DNA of 64,000 bases from Tubiluchus corallicola (lineage: Eukaryota; Animalia; Priapulida). Below the pieces are notes generated by a model, which had not been told where the DNA came from, did not search any database, and saw only the letters and a list, made by a program, of their open reading frames with translations. The translations under genes were made by a program, and so were the position numbers. Positions within the stretch are counted from its first letter, which is position 1; every line of letters starts with the position of its first letter. Shown piece after piece: positions 13,549-27,200 of the stretch. The DNA is taken from NCBI GenBank assembly GCA_030141605.1, contig JAQGDQ010000024.1, forward strand, positions 1,054,001 through 1,118,000, read 5' to 3'.

Positions 13549-13624
13549 CTAAGCCACAACCAATGGCTCGTCATCCGCAAATCCTCGAATCATCGGAGAA
13601 TCTTCTTCATCATCTCCTAAAAGT

Positions 13625-13680
<56 letters not shown>

Positions 13681-15244
13681 TAATATGTTTGTTTCTAAAT
13701 GTTACAAAATAAACAAACAAACAAAGTGTCACCAAGTCAACCACCCCTATCCAAATTGAAGAAAATAAAATTAAATTAAAATAAAACAGTTATACACACA
13801 CAATTAAAATAGATAAAACATGTTGGCTTTATGCCAAAAAGGTTGTGGATTTCACTCAACTAAAATTAGACTAAAACTAAAGTTCATCAAAAGGCAAAGT
13901 CTTTTCCTGTTCCTGTTTCACATAGTACTGATAATATCAATAAAGTGGAACTTTGGACAATGCAAATTCAAGCAAAATAATACATCTAATATTATCTACA
14001 AGATAACATTTGTACTTATACTGTCGGTATATAACAGGTAAAAAGTCTAGTCATGATGTTAAGCTGAAAAGCTAAAATGTAAAATCAATAAAAAGAGGCA
14101 CCATTTTATTATAAAAATAATGTACAACGTCTAAAATACGTAAGAACTTTTGTAGAGTTTAATTAATCAGAATTAATGTGAAGTTCTAAACATAAAACTG
14201 TAGTTGTACAGTAAATACCTTAAGTATGGTAAACACAGAATTAAGTGAATCATCGCTAAATAAAACCATTGTGATGTTAATGTATCATTATGGCGATTGA
14301 TTCCAACATCATTTTACTGATAAACCAATAATGTCTGAACAGTACTAGTTAATCCCTTTTCCAATATTATCACTTACATTTATACCTTTTTTGTTCAACA
14401 TAAAGTAAAATTACTTATTATGATAGTACTGCTATAAGTGCCATATTTGCAAAAATGTCTATACTTTAAGTGATTTTTCGTAATACAGCATAATGTTTGT
14501 TGAATGTCAGCTTTTAAGCATAGGCTTCTAATAGACAGTATGATTACAGTATGATAGACAGTATGATAGACAGTATCAGTTAAATGCAGGTATTATTGGA
14601 AAGTGTATAAAAGTAAATTTAAATCAGGCTTTTTTGCAGACAATGACTGCAAATAGCATTTTCATTGTTCTAAAACAAGATAAAAAATTGCTGTTAAAAT
14701 GAAATATAGGACACCAAGTGATAAAATTAGCAGCAAAATTGTCAGTAATCAGGAAGTCATTAAGTAAGAACTTTACCACCTCTTGCACAGGTCTATGATA
14801 TAATGTAACATTATCAAGTTAAGAAAAGCTAATACACATGCAACAGAAACTTTTCAAATATGGAATGTTTTTGTATAATTTTTATAAAAATATTTCTCGT
14901 TGTACATGCATATGATTTATAGATAAAACCTTTCCTTCAATAGATTTTAGGCAAAAAAGTAACTAAAACAGTTACAGTTATTACAGTTTAATAAAACTAA
15001 ACTAAACTAAACTAAACTAAACATGATTACTTACCTAAGTCACCATCTCCAGTGCTAAATGTCGTTGTACCGGACCGTGTGTCGTAATGACTGTTTGCGA
15101 AAGCAAGAAAGCTGCGTCGAAGACGCCGATGTTTGACAAAGAAAAGAACCAGACCCAGCATAAGAATGAGCAGCACAACACCAATGATGGGCAGAATGAT
15201 TTTATACAATGTTGAAGTACTTGTTGGCTGACTCGGCTGAACAC
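13549..15244 (-). CDS. SORL1: SORL1 transmembrane and cytoplasmic tail exons (15035-15244, 13549-13616)
   Basis: [24 protein letters not shown], then [55 protein letters not shown]. The FANSHY motif, acidic cluster and GGA-type C-terminal motif of SorLA are all present. Confidence 0.96.
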
Positions 15245-18200
15245 CTAAACAAATCGAAATTCATAAAATGACACATTTATTACACTGCTTATAGCTAGTA
15301 AGGGATAATGTTACTTGACTGAGAGACTGAAAAATGTTAGTATCTCATGAGACAAGACGAAAGATCAAATTCTTGCACAAACCATTACTTTGATAAAATG
15401 TAAACAATCATGTTTATGAATTTAAAAAATGTGTAACTAATTGCACTGGTTCTTAAAAAGCACCTTTAAAAGTTCACAACAGAAGGGGCCAATGCAATTG
15501 ATATAATATTTATTGTTAAATAGATTATTAATAAATGCAGGTACTGCTTGATAAAATTTTATCAGTCCAAATGTTTCAGCCACTTCAGCTCACTATCTTC
15601 AATGATTACTAACCATTTTTGTGAAGCCTGCCGCAAAACTCATTAAATTAGTTGTACTTGTTGTTGCAAGTTACATGAATTGCACTTCAAAGTTGGTGAT
15701 AAATTAGAATTGATATTCTTTATTAATAATAGTCATTATATAACTTAATATTTGCTATGCAATATATGATCTGTACCCAAAAATGCGAAGTACTTTTTGG
15801 TCACCAATTACTAATATATCTTAACCCAACACAGTTAACAATCAACACGAAACAAAGACGATACAGTAAGAAATCCTATCATATTCCTAACGAATTATTT
15901 TTCCATAGTAGTAAAATACTCGTTACATATTAGTTATTTATAACCTTAATATAAAGACTAATATTAATGATGGCACAAGTCCACAACTAATTGAATTTTG
16001 AAATCAACCTTTAGATTTAATTTTGAAATCAACCTTTAAAATTCAATTAACTGCAGGTTAGTACAATCAATCATATGTACCCAGTGGATCGATTTCAGCA
16101 GAAAATGGTTGAGACAGTTCCCCATAATAGCCTTGTGATTTAATGAAGCTCACTGCTACTCCATCGATGTGACGGTCAGGAAAGCCTTTGGGAAAAGTGT
16201 ATGGCGACATTGACGCATTAAACACATGTGTAAATTTGCCATCAGTGTTGACCCATATTGCATAACCCTGAAAAAAGCAGTAAATTCTATAAGTGTTTCA
16301 ATGATTAAGAATGTATAAAATGAGATCACTGACTAGTAATCATCAGTGGCATAGCAAGTACTTGTGGCGACCGGGGGCAAATAAACTTCTGGCGCACTAC
16401 CCTTTTAATGTTTCGATCATTTGTTTCGTGGGTGAAACCACAAATTGTGCACACTTTTTTAGTCTTTTTTCTAAGAATCACCCTGTGTTTGATTTGTGGT
16501 ACTGCACCAGAAATCTTTTCTATGCATTAGTTATTCGTAACACGATATCCCTTATCCTTAAACATTCAGCTCCATCATTAAAACATGTACAAAGATTATT
16601 AAAGACACAGAACACTACAGGTTTTCACAATGATTCAACCGACTTTTAAGGTATAACGCCACTGTTTCTCCCAAAATTATCGATCTGCTAAGGCATGCGC
16701 CAGCCTACACACTCCGTTAAGTAACAATATTAGCCTTTTTACTAAGCTGTACGAAATAATAAAATTATCTCTGATTAGGCAATTTTGTTGTAGTTAATTG
16801 TTAATTGCTAAAGTCAGATTAGTAATTAATAATTAACAGTCATTAAACTCTAGAAGAATTTTGCACCTTCTCACCCTTGTGCCCGTGATTGCCCTTCCTG
16901 TCGCCCCCTTGCCACACCTCTGGTAATCATAAGGTTGCCCATTAAATTAACAAAGGCTATTTAAGAATGGAAAGCTATAATGAGAGAATGTAAAAGGTAC
17001 TCTTCAATTGCTTACAGTACAGGAAGTGATTTCTCAGAGCTGTCACTGTCAGAACTCGCGCGCCTACGGCACTAACTACCCGAGATGAAGCATTAGCAAT
17101 GGAGCCATGCCTACCACAGAGAACAATATAGGGGATGCTCCACGAAAAATCAATGTCAAAAGCAAGTTTGGGAGATGCATCTTATTAATGGTTAAAGGCA
17201 AAGCCAACCTTTATTATGTGTTCAGGCTGCAAAAGCAACAAGCTGCATGGTGAATGCGATAATTTAAAAAATAGAGATGCAAAAATAATTTTTAGAAGCC
17301 ACTAATTTCTGCACTGCATTTATGAAAAAAAACAGCAAGGAAAGCACCAATAGGTGAAATTAACTTGAATGTGAATTTGCCATTAATTAGCCAGATTTGA
17401 GCCTTGCAGTAAGAGTTTCTAAATGACAAGAGCATTTAGCTCAAAAGAAATTCAGCTTGCAAGCCAATAAATGCACAAAAGCAATGCTAAATTAGAAAAA
17501 TCTGAAACAGTTTTGCACCTGTACTGGGACTCGAACCGTGTGCCTTCTGCTTTCCAGGCAGCTATGCTAGACATTACACCACAGAAGCACACTTAGTTTG
17601 GCATTTAGATAGCAAAAACATTTTTCAGGCTTTAACCAATGAAATTAAATTAGCTTAGTGGACAATGGCTAACATTTTTTGGAATCTTCAAAGCATTTTC
17701 AAGCATACAAACAATTCGAGTAAAAGTAAAAACAATCATTTTACCATAAAGTTTTCTGGTTTTTCATCTGGCTCTTCCCATTCCATCATTAGAATTCCGT
17801 TCAAACTGCGAAATGCCTTAACAGCTGTAGGAGCTTCATATGGAGCTGTAAGAAAGTATCATTTCAAGTTTGTTTTAAAAATTCTGGCACAACCCTCACA
17901 AAAGTTTTAAACTAACTATATTAATACTTGTTTTTTAATCCAGTAATTAGTTATCGTATTGTAACAAAAACATAATTTTTAAAACTAATTGCTAAACAGA
18001 AAAGGAAAATTCAGAAAAGGTTAATGTAATGTTAGGTAACGCATTAGGCGACACATAAGTCAATAAGATTAAAGGAAAAATCACCAAGTTTTCTGTGCAT
18101 TTTACAATTGTTTGAGAGGCAAATTAAAGCCCCACAATAAGAAGCTTATGGCATACTTACGAACTATCACTCGCACTGGCTGAGTTGAATCTGTATAACC

Positions 18201-21200
18201 AGATTTGTCAGAGAGTATTTTGATCTGTAGCAAATAGGTGGCACCACGAGTCAGCTTTGGGAAGTTGAAATAGCATGAGGTGTTTTTGCTAGGTGCCAAG
18301 GTGACTACATCAGACTTTCCATTTTCATTATTTTTCAGTTCCAAAACATATACCTTCAAAATAATGTAACTTTCTTTTTACAATTGCACATTTAAAATTC
18401 ATTATAAACTGCCATATTCTCACATTGACAGTATTCACACAGCATTACAACAGCACAAAATTAGACAAAATTTTAAATTATAAGTTCATTTTTTTCTCCA
18501 CGAATTGTCCTAAACAAGACAACGAGGGAAATGAGGATATGAAGCAGGTCTAGTAGGAAGTTCTTTTGATGCCTGACTTGAAGCAATGTTGAAAATACTA
18601 GGGAAACAATAGTAAGAAGTCCTCGGGATGTGACTGTATTTTCCATTCTATGCTGGACAGTTGATTCGAAAAGAACGGGTAGGTTTGATAGTTTCTAGTA
18701 TAATACTGGCATCTCATCTTAATGAGATGTCCTTGGCCACTTCTCTAAATCACTTCCTTTACTGTGAACATCAAAACACAAAACCCAGTCCCCATACCAA
18801 CAAATGCAAAGCTGATCATTTATATGTACACTAGGACAGTGTACTTTATGGAAAAAAGATACAAGCTTAAATTTCCTTGCATTAAGAATGACAAGCCATA
18901 TGTACAGTGCAAGTAGTCCCACCTACTGCCAGAAAAACGAAACATTATATATCAGTAATTTTGTCAAAGCTGACCGGAACCTAGCCAAGAGAAAGTTAAA
19001 AAAAGAAAATATTAAAATTACTTTTTATTCTGCTGATTTTAGTAGCATGAGAGTTTGGGATTTAAGTTAATCAACAGCCTCATCATTTATCAAAGTCATT
19101 GTTTTGTTAGCAACAAACAATAACAGAATTGAGGCCACAAGAATGACCATTTTTCAGTTTCTCTCATACATAAATGCTGTTCAACTTTGCTTTTCCGGCA
19201 TGTGTGCTATGATCTAAGAGAGGAACATTTCACCTCTGGGGAAGACACAATGCTTTCCCTATTCCTCCCAGACCAGCACAACAAGTTATTGTTTACACAT
19301 CAATCAGCTAACTGTTAACCTAATGGATTAGCTTGTTTTATAAAAACGTCCATCATTTACACTGTTGCGAATCCTCGTAAAAATACAACAAATGCACAGA
19401 TTTATAGAGTTGAACAAAAATCCTTTCATTTCACATGAGCCCATCAACTGCAAATACTGCACTCTATTAATAGACTAGCATAGCATACAATAATAGCACA
19501 GGATCAATAAATAAGAAAATATCAATACTGATGCTGATACATGCACGTATGTATCGTAGCAACTCATATGTGCAACTTATAAGTATAGTTTCCAGAATTT
19601 TCTTTGTTTCCAAAAATCGCCAGTAGCAGCAACAGTTACTGGTGAATCAGTTGGCACTTATGTGCTCAAAATATTGAGTAACTTAAGATACATTGTACTA
19701 GACAGATTACCTATTTGTAGCATGAGGAAAGTAACGGTCGCAAAATTAGAAGAGCTCAGAAGTCATGTTCTTAACGCAAACAGCAAATTCTGACTCCACT
19801 GAATAAAATACAAAATTGATGATTTAAACAATTCTGACCCACAAGCGCAGGGTCAAGCAGATGAGCGAGTACTTCCGTATATGTCAGCATATTTATTACA
19901 ACTACAACAGTATAAGAATTAATTGATAGCATAATATAAAGTGTATCAAACTCTGAATATGTGGTAAATCAGCTCGAGTGACTTCCTTGTTTCTATCAAA
20001 GACACTTCGTACAAGTTTACAAGTACTGCCTTAAGCAGAGAAAAACTATTAGAAGACGTGAGCTGAAATGGAGATTATTCTGGGGTACAGAAATGTTCCA
20101 AATGCTTGTATGTAAGACGTATAAGTTAGCAGTAAACACACGCATTTGAAAATTGTCAACCCAGACTTTTGGAGTACTAATGTTAATTTGATTCTCCATT
20201 ATTGTGATAACGTTCATACTCCATTATTGTGATAATGTTCAACGCTTGATAATTATACGTTGCGCGTAGCTGTGTTAATCAAACAAATGTGTTGGCCCAT
20301 TACTTTAATGACCTAAATAGTAGGTCTATCTCAGTCAAAAGCCAAAATGCTAATAATTATTTATAACGTGCAGCTAAAAATCCAACAGGAAATAGCAATC
20401 CACACATGGAAAATTAGTAGAGGAGAGAAAAAACGTTGCTGAGTACATAATCTTGGAAAAATATGTGTTAATAGGGTGCTTAAAAGAATGAGCTCAAGTC
20501 TTTAGCAAGTCGGTGACAAAATATTTACACAAAAATTATCCAGCAACTCTACCATTACTGACACACATTCGACGTTGTCTTCGGGAATATTTGCATACAC
20601 TGACAGATAATGATGGTAATACTTTACAGGGAACAGAAGCGAACTAAGCACCAACAAACATGTTCTCGTAATCCACTTTTTAAAAGACCCAAACAAAGTC
20701 ACTGTAATAGACTACTTCCTTTTACAACATAGAGTTTTATTTTAGGAAATGACGAAAAATGACGTTGAGCTTTTACAGCTGTCCTTTAGTGACCACTAGG
20801 GGCCTAAGAATCGATCCCAAATAGTTATTTATTTAGAGCTCTCGCCAAATATGTAAAATAAAAACCTGAGGAAAATAGGAAAATAATAATACTGACCAAA
20901 TCAAACTTCGGTGAACATCAATATGAGTTTGGAGCATGTTTACTGTTAATAAGGAAACTTTGAAGAAGAAAAATTTTGTAAGTTGGGGTAGTGACTGTTG
21001 AAACAGATCCTGGAGTGACCAGTAGATCCAATTTCAGCAATAATTTTCTGTACAAAAGAAGAGAAACGTCGTGCTGAAATTTGGTTCAACTTTGTCCTTT
21101 ATTGAACACAGTTACAGTTCTGGAGAAAGCTGGATAAATTACACAAGTGACTCTGTCACTAGCTAGAGAGCCTTTAACATGGTTCCAGCAACTTTCTCGT

Positions 21201-24200
21201 GCTGGGAAAAATATAATGACAACAAATTACGCCGACGAACCAATCTAAGCAATCTAAAAAACTCAATAATTTAAGTTGGTGGACAAAGCAGCATAGTTCG
21301 AACATAATTTAGACCAATAGGTAATCCTCACTTTCTTTCATATTATTAATTCAATAAGAATTTGTATTGTACTGAGGCAGATATATTCACAAAAATACAC
21401 TAAATTGTTTACGGTTGTCTGAAACGATTGCCAATGCTACAATAAATTGACTGTTTTGATCGTTATGATTATTTAAAATCGTAATTATTAAACTTTCACA
21501 TTTCTCTAACAGGCGTGGCCCAGTTAATACACCTTCACAGTCTGCTATAGAGAAAACCAGTCAACAAACCAGTAACAACAGATCTTTATCATTTCGTACA
21601 CATTTCCGTCTGCAATGAATAGCAGTGATTTCCCACTTTGAAATTATGCAAGCGTACAATATTATGCTCGGTCAAATATACGCAACGCACACTGGTGTAT
21701 TTGCGTGTGATAATCACGCGAAAGCGGTCAGCATTTTTGGTCGTGCTAGTTGTCTGATACACGTTAATCATTATGTGAGAAAATACGGTAACCAAAAAGT
21801 CTAAACCAACCTGAGCGATTTCGTTAATACAGTTTGATTGTCAGTGTCTTTTTAGACTTTGTTAAAAGCGGCGATTACGATTTAACCATATTAATTTTTA
21901 TGAAAGTTTCATGGTGAAACTTGTGCCTGTTACTGATCAAATAGACGACTACTGGTTATTATAGGTAAGATTATACTGAATTTGCCCTTTTTTGACAAAA
22001 ATCTTTTCTGGTAATTATTAACATTACTGCAATATTATGATTAACGAGTACAGTGTACCTAACACAGCTCACATGCACTACATGTAAAGCTAATCTAATA
22101 CAAAGACTCGTATCTAAACCCTGGACTCGATTTTTAAATATTTACTCTAAAGCTGCTTATCAGACGTGGAAAAATGCGTCATACGAAACATTGGTAAACG
22201 ACGCAACTAGCACACCGGTGTAAATCACCAATTACCATTAGTAACGGGCTGGTGATTTTATAAATAATACATAACAACATCTGCTACTCAACGTAAGTGT
22301 TGTCTGTCGCATTGAAAACAGTGGATTTAATGTACAACAAAGCTAACTACATTCATAGTTGGTAAGTTTTTATTGCTTAATTTTAACAACGTCTCGCTGA
22401 TGTTGAAGTGTTGCATTTTCTTAAAATAAACCAACTAAACTGCATGTGTAAAGTACGCATCCTTAGGCAAAGTTTGACCATGTCAGACGCAGACCACGTG
22501 CCATTACTTCCTTGTGCTTAGTGGGCACAATGCACACTAGCATAGGCTCACACGCAATCTCTTTAAACTTCAATATAATTCAGTGAAAAGAGCGTTCACC
22601 TGTCATTGCCTGGCAACAAGAAGGTGTTTGTTTTGGCCAGTGCAATTTACCTATAGACCTAATACACAGGCAGCAGCAGCAGCACAGAGCCAGTGTGTAA
22701 GCGAAGCAGAACATGGTTGCTGTATTACAGCCTACACATTATACAAACCGACCAAATTGTCGGTCGGTGTAAGTGATAATACTGTTTAAAATTGCATTAA
22801 GTGTTTTGCACCATCGTGTTTCTGTTACAGAGTACAAATGTAGAAAATCATGGCGCTCAATCAGCAAGAACGCAGAAGCAGTAACGACTCGAACAGTTCC
22901 ACAAAGAAGGACAGCCCAAGTAACACAGCTTTTAAACTATTCAAGAAATTGGGCATCAAAGATAAAGATGAGGTGACAATGAAGAACGAACATGAGAAGA
23001 ACAACGAAGTGATGACAAATGGTTCGCCGGATCATAAGCAAACCGTGGACTCCCTTCCACAAGTATTTCACGTAAAGTACCTTGGTTTTCGTCCTGCTAA
23101 AGGCTTATGGGGCATAAAACATACAAGGAAGCCTGTGGAAGAACTAGTGAATGCAACGAAGAAACTGAAAGAAGGTGACATGCTACCTGAATTACAATTG
23201 CACATATCAGAGAAAGGTATTCACACTTGTGGAGTACCTGACAATAAAAACAATGAATTCGAAGAAGGATTACGGCCCATTGACAGTATTTCCTATGGCG
23301 TACAGGACACAAAGTATACCCGTGTGTTTGCTATGATTGTGGTCAACGTGGAACAAAGTGGGGTGCCTACTTTCGCATGTCATGCATACGTGTGTACCAG
23401 CAGAGCCAGCGCTCGACGTATGGCACTAACTTTAGCCCTGGCATTTCAGGAGTTCGGCAATCAGTGTTCAGAGAACAAGTCAAACAGTAATTCTCCAATG
23501 ATTGAGAAGTCCCAGAAACTAGCAATCGATTTGCGATCACCTGAAGAGATTGAGCAAGATTTGATAGCTGACCAAGAACTAGATTCAGAAGCGTGAAGTA
23601 AGAACTTGTAAAATTTTTCAACATTTGACATTCCTAATCCGAGTAATTCTAACAATTATCTACTGAATGATCTGCTAAAAATTATTTTATAATAATATAT
23701 GTAAACCCAAATAATAATAGCAAAATACCTTTATAGGTGCAAACTAAAAAGATCAATATTTACAACTTTTGACACATTTTCTATGACTATATTTCCTAAT
23801 TGTTGCATATATTAAATGGAATAAATTATTTTAAATAAAATATGCTTTTAAAATTAAAAATAAACTTTTGCTAAGTACCAAGGTTCACCAAACTATATTA
23901 TCACAGTTAATTATAATGTCTGTTAAATTAACTTGGATTTGCAGACTCAAATATGGTAGCCATTTGCAATTTCTTAATGGTACTTATGTTGCACCCACAG
24001 GTACAGTGTTGTTCAGGTACAGTTCAGGTGCAAATATTTCAAGTCAGATAATTATTATGGTAGTGCTTATCAGTACTGAGCCTTGTAGAACGAGCAAAAA
24101 GAGTCAAAGTTTAGTAGGTCTAAAAATTACAGAACAGCCAGCAGAGAAATGACTGGCAGAAAACATTTACTGAAGCACAAAGATTACTAGCAGTGCATAC

Positions 24201-27200
24201 ATTTACAAGAGATATTTTGATGATCATCTTTAAAAAAAGAATGTAAAAGCACATATAACATGCCTTTACATAGTTTATACAACATATAGCGGAGTAAAAA
24301 CTTGCTGTAACTTATGTATTTTCCAATGTGAAAGTTCATTTGAAAAGTCTTTTATATACTGTAAAGAGTTATTATTAAGTTAATAATGTTAATACGTTCA
24401 GCTATAAAAAATTTTCATTTTTAATAACACCTACTTAATTACGTATTTTCGCATTTAATGTACAAATGTAAATTTTTGTAGTAATATTAACCAAACTTGT
24501 AAATTCTGTCCTTGTTTACAATTTTTTGTGATTACATTTTATACACTTTTAAATAAAAAAATAAGCTGTTGCTAATGTACTTCAAGTTAATGTCTAAAAT
24601 CCTACAAAGCATTATAATCTAAGTTCCAATTTTGAAATGCGCATTAAAAATTAAGATTCAGACTATAAACAGGTTTTGATTTACATACAATAAGGTCTGA
24701 GTTGCTTACACAGCACTTATCATATTTGCTAGCATCGAAATTAACTTCTTTATGACCAATAATTGCAAGACATGCTATTTGTACCACGTTATATCCAGGA
24801 AGCTTCAGACTGGTATTATAAGTCTGACACAGGAGCGTACCAAATTGACCAGATAACTCAGTCAGTTTAAGGAAGGTACTGTTCTTTAGATCACAATAAG
24901 CTTGTTATGAGTACCATATGTGATAAGTATAACACTGACCACTAACTAACTTATTACGCAGACCTAGAAAAGCAGACAAACATCCCAGTATGCAGACAGT
25001 GAACTAATTGTATATGTATTCATTCAAGAGCTGGCAAGAAATCTAGTAGTATCAACATTAAAACAGAACAAGATAACATCAAATAAAGGAGAATTTTCTT
25101 TTGGCACCGATGGGTTAATTAGGCAAAAATGAAGACGATCTGACCTATGCTAGCGCTGAAAACTCCGGCATCAAACCATGATTTGCATTTAGTTATGTAT
25201 CATATATCTATCTGAGTAAGGTTTTAGAACAGTCTGAACCAATGAAAAACTAAACACAAAGCAATTCCAGAAATTTAAAGATTTGCAGAACACCTGATTT
25301 CATGCAGCTAGAATTTAAGATGGCATCTAAGTTTACATTTCACGGGTAAACAAGCAAACAAGCTTCAGTAACACAAAGAATGCCTGACTTAGTTATTTTT
25401 ATCGTTAACTTTTGTTTTTACCAGATAATCACTCCACTTTTCCCTTTGTCAGTTTGAAGACTAAAAAACTAAAATTTGGCACAACGGTAGGTGGCATTCA
25501 GATCTAAACTTTTTGATCAGACTTTGAGATTTTCGAGAAAATACTCTGATTCCAAAATTTTTGACACTGCCAAATTTTGGCCCATATGGGTTCATTAAGA
25601 AGGATCCACGTAGAAAAAGCTAAAAAGAATAGAGAGGCCAGATATAAAATAAAAGCACAGTAAAGGAACAGGTAAGTAGTAATACTATGATGTTTCCTCA
25701 CAGTCAAAAACCGGACAGGAAATGTCAGAAGCATATAGCTATGTTCTTTTGCAAATACGGAGAAACAGCTACTGCTTAATATTTGCATAACAATCCAGGT
25801 AGTTAAAGCACAAGAAAACCATCCACTTACATAAAGCTTAAAAAATTTGTCTCCAAATTTCATGCCACTTACATACTACCTTTTCGTATGCATGGCTTGC
25901 ATCGGCCGTAACGGTATAAATTTAAACTCCCACGATGACCGTTAGGCGCAGCCATTTTAATGGTAGGTCGTTTGAAACAAGTTTTGACAACATTGAGTAA
26001 AATTTTAAATTACTGTATCTTGTCAATAAGATTAAAAATACGTTTTTGTCTAGTGAGTGGCGCACCCAGTGAGTGGAGGGTGAGTCAGCGACATTTTACC
26101 AACTGGCACAAACATTTTAAATGATTAGTCTAGTTACATAAGTGTTTCCAGCAGGTAAGCGAAATGCTAAGTAATATAGATTTGCACGGAAAGTTTTTTG
26201 GCTCATAATTTAACATTGCCTTTTCTTCCCCTGATTTACGTATTTTAGTGACGTCATGTAATGGCGCCGTCGGAACAGTATTGTGGGAGATTTAAAATGA
26301 AAACAAACGAAAATTCCTTTCAACACGAATACGATATGTGCATAAAATTGCTGTAAAGTAGTATAATTTTTTAAGGCGATTTTTCTAAAACCTACTTCAG
26401 GTGTCCCTTTTCTTGTCCTTTAAGGAGAATGTTTCTCGAAACATAGGAATGAAAAGCAATTAGTACTTACCGAAATATTCTTCAAATTTTAATTCGATTA
26501 TCAGGCAACACTTAAGTTTTCACAAAATCACCTAAGCAGTTATGATAGGGATGTGCAGTGCATGTCTGCAAGCAAGATCTGGTTTTGCGTTTTGAAATTA
26601 ATTACAGCTTAAAACTAACGTCAGACTTTACAGCAATGCACTGTTTGGTAAAATGAAAAGTACAGTTTTTCTGACTTAGACACCATTACGAGCCGAGTAA
26701 TAAGTTTGTGTTGTATAGGCCTTAATCTTAATCACGTTAATATTTGTACATGTAGCTGTAGGCCCACAATTTAATAAATGTTTGACTGTTTGACAATAGT
26801 CGTTGGGTCTAGTCACTCACTTATAGTTAACAACAACATATTTAAAGTTGTTTTCCTACCATCCCAACCTATCATCCAGGGCTTGGTCACTGTTAACGAT
26901 GTGGTTATTATATTTAATGAACTATTAATGATGACACTATTAACTTAGAGATGCATTTGCAAAGCTAAGCCCACTTTTACGTTAATCACGATCGAAGACC
27001 TTTTAGACAGCATAACATCATTTTTAAAAAATCAAAGTAATCAAGAATTTTAAAAACCAGCCTAATTACCTAGTAAATGCATGTTTGTTTTGGAAAAAGT
27101 TCAACTTACCAAAGCTTTGGAAATCTTTTCGCAAGATGCACTCCAAGTAATGTTTGCTGAACCCTTATCCTTTCCTATATGTGCAACTACATTCTTTGGT

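Noticed and set aside
14531-14577. Short tandem repeats (also 15995-16045, 20193-20241, 39183-39245) as CRISPR-like arrays
   Set aside because: Two to four adjacent copies without spacers in eukaryotic introns; slippage duplications.
16311-16649. 112-aa ORF (likewise 25504-25863) as a transposase
   Set aside because: No DDE, zinc-finger or RT motifs; lies in non-autonomous element DNA. No autonomous transposon was seen in the window.
17515-17589. Functional tRNA-Ser(GGA)
   Set aside because: Acceptor and T stems are poorly paired and there is no long variable arm; treated as SINE-derived.
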